From the IMG/VR virus record IMGVR_UViG_3300021445_000002: 62,563 nt of DNA, one strand, 5' to 3'. Made by a program: the position numbers and the translations under genes. This document shows positions 27,976 to 34,621 of this stretch, piece by piece. A model generated the notes under the pieces. The model was not told the DNA's origin, did not search any database, and saw only the letters and a program-made list of their open reading frames with translations. Within the stretch, counting starts at the first letter, position 1, and each line of letters opens with the position of its first letter. The stretch is from a virus. Its lineage: Duplodnaviria; Caudoviricetes.

Positions 27976-28152
27976 ATGTGGAAGGTGATCGATACCCTGG
28001 CGCACTTCCTGTACTGCCCGACCATGTTCTTCCGGCGGTGCGCCCGCGAACGGTGGCACCACCGCATCCACCTGATGCCCGGCCGGTGGTTGGCACCGAT
28101 CTGTGACCGGTACGAGCGGTGGCTGGGCGTGACGCCGGACGAGTTGACGTAG
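27976..28152 (+). CDS. small hypothetical protein
   Basis: MWKVIDTL...; start uncertain. Confidence 0.45.
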   Translation: MWKVIDTLAHFLYCPTMFFRRCARERWHHRIHLMPGRWLAPICDRYERWLGVTPDELT

Positions 28153-28181
28153 GGACCGCACTAGTGGGAGGGGCATGCCCC

Positions 28182-28502
28182 GTGATCCGAGACGACCTCA
28201 TCAACGCCCTGCGGAGCGTCGAGCTGCCGGCCGAGGTGCGCGCCCGCGTGCCGTACGGTGAGCTGGCCGATGCCGTGGAGCCGGTGCTGCTCGGGGCGGC
28301 CGAGCGCATGGCGGCCAAGTGCTATCTCGACGCCGAGATGCGAGCCGCCCGCAAGCGCGGCCAGGAGTTGGGCAGCGTCGCCGCCGAGCAGCCGTCGATC
28401 ACCTGCCCGAAGTGCGGTGGAACCTCGTACAACGCCAACGACATCCGCAAGGGCTACTGCGTCAAGTGTCACGAGCGGACCGGCACGCCGACGCGGCTCT
28501 AG
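28182..28502 (+). CDS. hypothetical protein with C-terminal Zn finger
   Basis: SITCPKCG.TSYN.ND...GYCVKCH. Confidence 0.7.
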   Translation: MIRDDLINALRSVELPAEVRARVPYGELADAVEPVLLGAAERMAAKCYLDAEMRAARKRGQELGSVAAEQPSITCPKCGGTSYNANDIRKGYCVKCHERTGTPTRL

Positions 28503-28537
28503 TTGACGAAATCCGTTATCGACCAAGGGAGGTGTTC

Positions 28538-28744
28538 ATGCAGGTTGCGTCGTGGCAGCCGGACGAGCCGGTTGCCGAGGTGCGTTCGGGCGAGACGGTC
28601 GCCGAGTTGTACGCGGCCCTGCCCGAGAGCGAGTGGGTGATCGTGCACGGGATGCTCGTCAAGCGGATGGGCGACCCGCCGACCCCGGAGGACATCCAAG
28701 ACTTTCGGCGCATCGCAGAGACGCGGGGCAAGGGGCCAATCTGA
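28538..28744 (+). CDS. cassette-borne hypothetical protein
   Basis: GGAGG RBS right after site 1. Confidence 0.7.
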   Translation: MQVASWQPDEPVAEVRSGETVAELYAALPESEWVIVHGMLVKRMGDPPTPEDIQDFRRIAETRGKGPI

Positions 28745-28944
28745 TGGACCTGTACTTAGCGAACGGCCGAAAGCTGGGCCGCGTGGAATCCCATGCCCTG
28801 CAAGCGATGGAGGCCAACGGCCAGCCACCCGAGGTGGTCGTGTGGGGTGAGCGGATGTTCGCACTCAACGCACACGGTCGCTACGTCGAGGGGCTGGCGT
28901 GGGTCATCACCGATACCGAGGACAACCGGCTCGTGCTGAGTTGA
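28744..28944 (+). CDS. cassette-borne hypothetical protein
   Basis: TGATG overlap; stop inside site 2. Confidence 0.65.
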   Translation: MDLYLANGRKLGRVESHALQAMEANGQPPEVVVWGERMFALNAHGRYVEGLAWVITDTEDNRLVLS

Positions 28945-28977
28945 CGAATTCAGGTTATCGACCATTGAGGAGTGTTC

Positions 28978-29211
28978 ATGCAGGTCAGAGGGCCGTGCGC
29001 CAACCATCCGAACCGGCCCGGTGCGTGGCTGATGGAAGACGGCTCGATGCGGTGCGACCCGTGCTACTACCGCCGGCAGGGCCGGATCGAGGCCGCCGAG
29101 ACGATCTGGGCCAAGGCCAAGCAGTTGCGCGCCGAGTTCCGCACCGGCCAGTACGGCATCGAGTACGTCAACGGCTTCGAGGACGCCTTCGCGCTGATCG
29201 ACCCCGAGTAG
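28978..29211 (+). CDS. cassette-borne Zn-finger-like protein
   Basis: C..H...W...DG..CDPCYYRRQ. Confidence 0.7.
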   Translation: MQVRGPCANHPNRPGAWLMEDGSMRCDPCYYRRQGRIEAAETIWAKAKQLRAEFRTGQYGIEYVNGFEDAFALIDPE

Positions 29212-29248
29212 TTGACATACTTCGATGTTATCGACCAACGGAGGCTCG

Positions 29249-29734
29249 ATGAGCACCAAGAAGGGCCGGTACGGCGACCCGCGTAAGCGCAGGCCGATGG
29301 GCGATCTGTACGCGGCGGCGCAGCCCAGTGGAGCCAGCGATCCGCGCAAGCTCGGCGGCTCGATGTCCGGGCCGGGCGGACCGCACGACCGGGGCGCGAC
29401 GGTCATCGACGCGACCGACGCCATCCTGCTCGACTACACCGAGGTCTGCACGATCGACACCGTGCGCGGCGGCGTGCTGGGCGGGCAGGCGATCTTCATG
29501 ACGCTCGACGGGCGGATCAACAAGACCACCGACCGGGTGCGGGTCGGCTACATCTTCGACACCGACGGGGCCGCCGCCATCATCACCGAGCTACTGGCGC
29601 TGGCCGACCGATTCGGCCCGGAGATGCTCGACGATGTGACCCGCCGGCTGACCTCGCTGTACCGCGACAAGCACGTCGACCTCGCCTGGCTGCGCGCGGC
29701 CATCGACAACGCGATCGAGAACGCATCAGGTTGA
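29249..29734 (+). CDS. cassette-borne hypothetical protein
   Basis: GGAGG RBS; stop inside site 4. Confidence 0.75.
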   Translation: MSTKKGRYGDPRKRRPMGDLYAAAQPSGASDPRKLGGSMSGPGGPHDRGATVIDATDAILLDYTEVCTIDTVRGGVLGGQAIFMTLDGRINKTTDRVRVGYIFDTDGAAAIITELLALADRFGPEMLDDVTRRLTSLYRDKHVDLAWLRAAIDNAIENASG

Positions 29735-29767
29735 CATACCTCCTGATTATCGACCAACGGAGGGCTA

Positions 29768-30043
29768 ATGCTGCGACTGCACCTGTACTGGAAACGCGAC
29801 AGCGGCGACATTGACCTGGGCGACTGCTACCACGATGTGCTGCCGCCGGTTGGGTCGTTGATCTCGCACACGTCGCCGGAGCACGAGGGCGGGGTGTGGC
29901 GGGTCGCTCTGGTCTACTTGCACCCGGCGTATGAGGGGTCGATGGCGGTGCGAGCCGTTGAGATGGGCCGGACGCCGCCGGACGGGCAGGTCGGGATGGT
30001 GGAGCTGTTCGTGGAGCCCGCCGCGGGGCCGCACGCACCTTGA
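29768..30043 (+). CDS. cassette-borne hypothetical protein
   Basis: GGAGG RBS; stop inside site 5. Confidence 0.7.
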   Translation: MLRLHLYWKRDSGDIDLGDCYHDVLPPVGSLISHTSPEHEGGVWRVALVYLHPAYEGSMAVRAVEMGRTPPDGQVGMVELFVEPAAGPHAP

Positions 30044-30079
30044 CGTAAGTCGCGGTTATCGACCAACAGGGAGGGCGAT

Positions 30080-30292
30080 ATGGCACGTGACCAGGGCGTC
30101 TACGGCCTGATCTTCAATGGACTGACGACGGCACTGACCAAAGAGCAGTGGATGCCGCTGTCCGAGCGGGAACGCGTCGCCGCCGCGATCTACGACACGC
30201 TCGAGGGTGCGGGGGTGGAGTTCCATCGCGGCGGCCTGGACCGCCTGTGGCGGGTGGCGGCCGAGCACGCCAACAAGCTGCGGCAGAACTGA
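30080..30292 (+). CDS. cassette-borne hypothetical protein
   Basis: GGAGG RBS after site 5. Confidence 0.7.
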   Translation: MARDQGVYGLIFNGLTTALTKEQWMPLSERERVAAAIYDTLEGAGVEFHRGGLDRLWRVAAEHANKLRQN

Positions 30293-30341
30293 CGGCAGCC
30301 GGGTTAACAGAATCACCGTTACCGACCAAAGAGGAGACGTC

Positions 30342-30608
30342 ATGGCCGGTCAGGGCGGTCCGGCGCGCATGCCGGTTCACGGGGACTGCCGCTGGCACCG
30401 AGGCAGGGCCGCCGCGTGGTGGCTGCCGGACGGCACATTCCTGTGCGACCCGTGCATGTACCGACGGCAAGCGATCAACGAGGTCATCGACTACGTCACC
30501 AACGATCTACCTGGGATGGACCCGGCGACGCGGGCCGGGGTGCTCATGTCGATGCGCAGCTTCCTTGCCAACCGCCCCGAGGCCAATATTGACGTACGCA
30601 CGGCTTGA
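30342..30608 (+). CDS. cassette-borne Zn-finger-like protein, paralogue of 28978-29211
   Basis: C..H...W...DG..CDPCMYRRQ. Confidence 0.7.
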   Translation: MAGQGGPARMPVHGDCRWHRGRAAAWWLPDGTFLCDPCMYRRQAINEVIDYVTNDLPGMDPATRAGVLMSMRSFLANRPEANIDVRTA

Positions 30609-30631
30609 CGTAATCACGATCGAGGAGCGTC

Positions 30632-30979
30632 GTGACCCAGATGATCCCGGACCCGACCGACGACACGGTGTGGTTCATCGGCTCCGCTGCCGAAGCCGAA
30701 CTGGGCGTGCAGGTCGGCGACGCCACCCTGTTCAACGTCCATACCCCCGACCTGTGCGCGGGACAGCACTGTGTGGTCCACCGCCCGTCGGCGCACCACA
30801 TGCGCGGCTGGCGGCTGAACTGGCGCGGCGACCGGGGCCTGATGGAGCGGCTGTGCCCGCACGGCACCGGCCACCCGGACCCCGACGACCTCGCCTACCA
30901 CTACCGTGTCGGTCGGGGCTGGATGGGCGTGCACGGCTGCGACGGCTGCTGCGCGGCCCGCGACCTGCCCGTCCGTTGA
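30632..30979 (+). CDS. Cys/His-rich actinophage-type hypothetical protein
   Basis: C.G..CVVH.PS.HHM..W...WR.DR..MER.CPHG.GHPDPD...HGCDGCC. Confidence 0.75.
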   Translation: MTQMIPDPTDDTVWFIGSAAEAELGVQVGDATLFNVHTPDLCAGQHCVVHRPSAHHMRGWRLNWRGDRGLMERLCPHGTGHPDPDDLAYHYRVGRGWMGVHGCDGCCAARDLPVR

Positions 30980-31245
30980 TCGTTGAACCCGGCGTGGATG
31001 ACGGGGACGGGACGCATCCGCTCGCGGATCTGGTCATCACCTGCACCCGCCGGGACGGCTCGACCTACATCCGGCGCATCCCGCGCCCGCGCTGGTACGC
31101 CGAGGTGTACCGGCTGTGGCGGCTCGGGCTCAACGACGGGGAGATCGCCCGCTCGCTGGAGCGGCCGGTCGACACGATCTACACCGCGCGGGCGCGGCAG
31201 ATGAAGCTACCCCGCAACACCTACCCCGGCGGGCAGGACCGGTGA
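30976..31245 (+). CDS. small HTH protein
   Basis: LWRLGLNDGEIARSL. Confidence 0.6.
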   Translation: MIVEPGVDDGDGTHPLADLVITCTRRDGSTYIRRIPRPRWYAEVYRLWRLGLNDGEIARSLERPVDTIYTARARQMKLPRNTYPGGQDR

Positions 31246-31493
31246 GCGACGCATAGTTGCGGCCCGGCCGGGTGCGACCGACCGGGCCTGGTGGGCGAGG
31301 AGGCAGTGGGTCGACGCGCCCGCTCCTGCCCAGGCCACGTCGCGTCGACCTTTTCAGTTGTGTCTCCCTGCGGTGCGCCTCGCGGGTTTGGGGCCTCGCG
31401 GGGATTGCCCATCAGGATGCGGTACGCGCCGGTTTGATCGGAAGACTCCGGCGGGTGAATGAATACACCCATGCATCCTGCAAGGTGCGGAAT

Positions 31494-31536
31494 GCAAAAA
31501 GCCGCCCCGCTCCCGACCGGAGTCGGGAGCGGGGCG
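31494..31536 (-). terminator. intrinsic terminator at the end of the late operon
   Basis: CGCCCCGCTCCCGAC..GTCGGGAGCGGGGCG followed by GCTTTTT on the minus strand. Confidence 0.85.
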
Positions 31537-31571
31537 TACCCCCTGGTGCATCGAGCGTCTCGGAGCAGATC

Positions 31572-31841
31572 CTACTTGCTGCGGGCGGCGGCGAGTAGCC
31601 GCGCCACGGTCTGTGGCGAGTAGACCCGGCCGCGGGTCCACAGTGCGGTGACGATCGGCGCGGCGGTGGCGATGACGGCGAGCAGGGCGGCCTGGACGTG
31701 GTCGTTGATCGGCAGGCCGAGCGCGACGATCAGCGTCAGCAGCGCGGCGACGGCGGTCGAGATCATGCCGATGGTGACTGCGGGTTCCGCGTCGGTGTTG
31801 TCCGGGGCGGGCTCGGGCGGCAGGCTGTTGTAGACGGTCAC
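31572..31841 (-). CDS. holin-like membrane protein
   Basis: EPAV...AALL.L.VA.GLPI...Q.A.L...R.RV.SP; two TM segments. Confidence 0.75.
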   Translation of the reverse strand: MTVYNSLPPEPAPDNTDAEPAVTIGMISTAVAALLTLIVALGLPINDHVQAALLAVIATAAPIVTALWTRGRVYSPQTVARLLAAARSK

Positions 31842-32635
31842 GCGCTCTCCTGTTCGGTGAAGCAGCCGCAGCCGCCCCAGTCATCGCGGTCGACGTCCTG
31901 CGTAACCTCGACGCGCTCGCGCAGCGCGGTCAGCGTGAGCGGCTTAAGCGTGCCGCCGCGCCGGTTCCGCAGGATTGATACGTCCTTGCCGAGGTAGTCG
32001 CGCATCTCAGCCTCGGCCCGCTCCTCGGCGGCGTAGCGCTCCGGGTTGACCTCCAGCAGTCGCGCCCATTGCGCCTGCCCGCCCCGCACGCAGGCGCCGC
32101 CGCAGTTGTTGTGGGCGAACCCTTGGGCGTACATCCGGGGTGGCTCGATGCCGCGCGCCCTGGCCTGCTCGATCAGGTGGCGCTTCTCGACGTAGGGCGG
32201 CGAGCACAGCGGTGCGGCGACCGACCACTGCCCGTACCCGCGCCGGATGGCCGGCAGGCGGTGGGTCTCGGTCCAGTCGATGCCGACATACACGGTAGTG
32301 GCGGCCGGGTCGGTGTTGGCCTCCAGCCATTCCCGGCACGGCACCTGCTTGAGCTTGTGCGAGCACGGCGCGATCCGGGTGTTGCCGATGTGCCGCACGT
32401 CGCGGAAGAGCTGCCACGGTGTGCGCCCGTCGGCCACCACGGTGATCGGCACGCCGATGTCGCGGGCCACGTCCTCGTTGAATCGGTACAGGTCCGGGTC
32501 TTCGACCTTGGTGTCCGCGAACAGCAGCACGAGATCATCGGTGCCGTGTTCGTCGGCGACCCGGCGCGCGGCGGCCCAGCTCGTGATGCCGCCGGAGTAC
32601 ATGACGACGTGGCGCACGGTGGGCACAACGATCAA
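31838..32635 (-). CDS. PAPS-reductase-like (PP-loop) protein
   Basis: VVMYSGGITS, LFADT..ED.DLYRF, CS..LK, HNNCGGAC, GGCGC. Confidence 0.85.
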   Translation of the reverse strand: MIVVPTVRHVVMYSGGITSWAAARRVADEHGTDDLVLLFADTKVEDPDLYRFNEDVARDIGVPITVVADGRTPWQLFRDVRHIGNTRIAPCSHKLKQVPCREWLEANTDPAATTVYVGIDWTETHRLPAIRRGYGQWSVAAPLCSPPYVEKRHLIEQARARGIEPPRMYAQGFAHNNCGGACVRGGQAQWARLLEVNPERYAAEERAEAEMRDYLGKDVSILRNRRGGTLKPLTLTALRERVEVTQDVDRDDWGGCGCFTEQESA

Positions 32636-32636
32636 C

Positions 32637-33110
32637 TCACCGGCTCGGCGACGGGCTGACCGACGGGGTCACGGTCGGCGGGCCGGGATCGGTGGCGATG
32701 CGCTGGTAGACGCAATCGCGCAGCTTGTTGTCGAAGTCGGGGCCGGATTCACCGGGGTACAGGCGCGAGCACTCCCCCAGCGCGATCTGGGCACGCAGGA
32801 TCGCGGCGATCGCGCTGCCGGTGCGGGCCGCGCCCTGCCGGTAGCAGGTGCCGGTCGCGGTGGTGCAGTCGGCGATGCGGGCGTTGGTTTCGCGGGTCTG
32901 GCTGGCGATGGTGTTGTTCTGCCCGGCGACGATCAGCACGGCGATCATGCAGACGGTCAGCACGCAGAGCAGGCCGAACATGACCATGGTGGCCTTGCGG
33001 CGGGCCAGCTCGGCGGCCGACACGTCGCCGCGTAGCCGCTGCGCGTCGCGGTGGATCTCTGCCAGGAACTCGCCGAGGGTCGGCGGCACCGGCACGTTGG
33101 GGTCGGTCAT
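32637..33110 (-). CDS. membrane protein in the lysis region
   Basis: single TM segment plus Cys-containing C-terminal part. Confidence 0.7.
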   Translation of the reverse strand: MTDPNVPVPPTLGEFLAEIHRDAQRLRGDVSAAELARRKATMVMFGLLCVLTVCMIAVLIVAGQNNTIASQTRETNARIADCTTATGTCYRQGAARTGSAIAAILRAQIALGECSRLYPGESGPDFDNKLRDCVYQRIATDPGPPTVTPSVSPSPSR

Positions 33111-33265
33111 GGGTTGGGCTCCCGTGGCGGCGGAAAGGTTTGCTCGTGCTTGTCGTCGTCGGTCTTGATGTCGGCCGACAGCCGCCGGACCTCGGCCACC
33201 GCGCGTTCCAGCATCTCGACGATGACCATCACGCGGGTTTCGATGTCGGCTCCCGAAGCGGGCAC
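33107..33265 (-). CDS. small hypothetical protein
   Basis: fills the gap with coupled start/stop codons. Confidence 0.5.
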   Translation of the reverse strand: MPASGADIETRVMVIVEMLERAVAEVRRLSADIKTDDDKHEQTFPPPREPNP

Positions 33266-33604
33266 TTACAGCACCTCCGGGTCGATGGGCGCGGCACGGC
33301 GACGGGCGACCTCGGCACGCACCTCGCGCTCGCGCTGCATGGCGTTGAGCAGCCGGCCGGATTCCTCGGCGGCGTTGGTGGCACTGTTCAGCGCCGGGAT
33401 GACCCGGTCGACGATGAGCGCGTTGAGCCGCTTGTTGTCGTCTTCGAGCCGGTCGGCGCGCTCGCGCTCGCGCTGCACGGTGCCTTTGGCGAACCAGATG
33501 CCGCCGGCGGCGATGAGCCCGACCGCGCCGTACTGGGCGAGCGCGCCGAGGTCGACCCCTTCGCTGGCTACCGCGTACGCAGGCCACAGCGCGGCTACGA
33601 CCAC
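33266..33604 (-). CDS. membrane/coiled-coil protein, holin-associated type
   Basis: LAQYGAVGLIA...W...RERERADRLE. Confidence 0.7.
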   Translation of the reverse strand: MVVAALWPAYAVASEGVDLGALAQYGAVGLIAAGGIWFAKGTVQRERERADRLEDDNKRLNALIVDRVIPALNSATNAAEESGRLLNAMQREREVRAEVARRRAAPIDPEVL

Positions 33605-34605
33605 GGGCGGTCCGCGAAGGTGTCGATGGCGAGCAGGCCGGGGCCGTGGTTTTCCACGGTGACCTTGTCGCCGGCCGCGCCGTCCAGCGGAAACGACCAG
33701 TGGGCGCCGGTGTCGCTGACCTGCACCTGCGCGTCGGTCCAGGACTTGCCGCCCACGAACCGGGCCACCCGCACGTCGCAGTCGCCGAACGCGGCGGACA
33801 GGCACAGCCAGCCCTTGCCGCCGACCACGGCGTGCGAGGTGAACAGGGCGCGCTCGCCGGGTGGAAGTTCTACGTGCACGTCGTCGTCCTCTCCGGGCGC
33901 GCTGGTGGATGCCGGCGTCGTTGCGTTTATGGCGGTTACGGCGCCGGGGTGGATCAGCGCCTTGAACTCGTCGAGCGAGCCGCGGAAGGCGTTGGCGTCG
34001 ACCGTGGGCTGGCGTCCGACCGTGGTCTTGGAGCCGAATTGCAGGACGTGCGGCGTGATGCCGCCGTAACCGGCCCAGCGCCCACTGGTGTCGCCGGGAT
34101 AGGCGCTGCGGTAGTGCGCGCTCGGGTTGGTGCCGTAGTTGGAGGCGACCACCGGGCAGGTGATGCCGCGCAGGCTGGCGTAGACCCACTTCGGGCAGTA
34201 GGCCAGCGGCTGGTGGTGGGGCAGCCGCGTGACGAAGTGCGCGGTGGCGGCGTTGATGGTGGCGAGGCTGGGCGCGCCGCCGTTGTAGGCGAACGGCTCG
34301 CAGTCCCACATCCACTCGAACGGCTCGGTCGCCGCCCATGGTGCGGCGGCGAGCACGGTGTCGATGAACCAGTCGACCTGCTCGACCACGTTGGTGTTCC
34401 ACAGCACGTGGTACGCGCCGAGGATCGGGATGCCGGCGGTCCGGCCGCGCCGCATCGCCTGGGCGAAGTACGGGTCGCGGTAATGCTTCGGCCCGTCCGT
34501 GGCCTTGTGGATGAACACGTCCACGCCGTCGCGGCGCATCGCCGCGAGGTCCATGCCGCCGCGCTGCCAATCGTGGTTTGAGCAATCAACCTTGTAGATG
34601 GTCAC
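33595..34605 (-). CDS. endolysin, GH25 muramidase
   Basis: D.S.H; IHKATDG; GAYH; WDCE; LQF; VDANAFRG. Confidence 0.88.
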   Translation of the reverse strand: MTIYKVDCSNHDWQRGGMDLAAMRRDGVDVFIHKATDGPKHYRDPYFAQAMRRGRTAGIPILGAYHVLWNTNVVEQVDWFIDTVLAAAPWAATEPFEWMWDCEPFAYNGGAPSLATINAATAHFVTRLPHHQPLAYCPKWVYASLRGITCPVVASNYGTNPSAHYRSAYPGDTSGRWAGYGGITPHVLQFGSKTTVGRQPTVDANAFRGSLDEFKALIHPGAVTAINATTPASTSAPGEDDDVHVELPPGERALFTSHAVVGGKGWLCLSAAFGDCDVRVARFVGGKSWTDAQVQVSDTGAHWSFPLDGAAGDKVTVENHGPGLLAIDTFADRPWS

Positions 34606-34621
34606 GCGGGCTGGCCTCCGT

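Larger units (their letters stand above)
28142..30613 (+). repeat. array of same-orientation dif-like (XerD-arm, spacer, XerC-arm) sites between small genes
   Basis: full sites 28501-28526, 28939-28965, 29210-29238, 29729-29757, 30038-30066, 30302-30329; half sites at 28142, 30587, 30603. The repeat itself is certain; the dif identity is inferred. Confidence 0.8.

Noticed and set aside
28501-30329. CRISPR array or classical integron attC reading of the repeats
   Set aside because: Intervals are 260-520 bp and contain whole genes; no cas genes. Sites are 26-29 bp, too short for attC, and lack RYYYAAC/GTTRRRY boxes.
28501-30329. Repeats as ordinary sigma70 promoters (TTGAC = -35)
   Set aside because: No -10 hexamer 16-18 bp downstream, and arm spacing varies by 3 bp. 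A regulatory role is still not excluded.
31400-31490. Hammerhead ribozyme
   Set aside because: Three-stem shape present, but the CUGANGA/GAAA core is absent on both strands.
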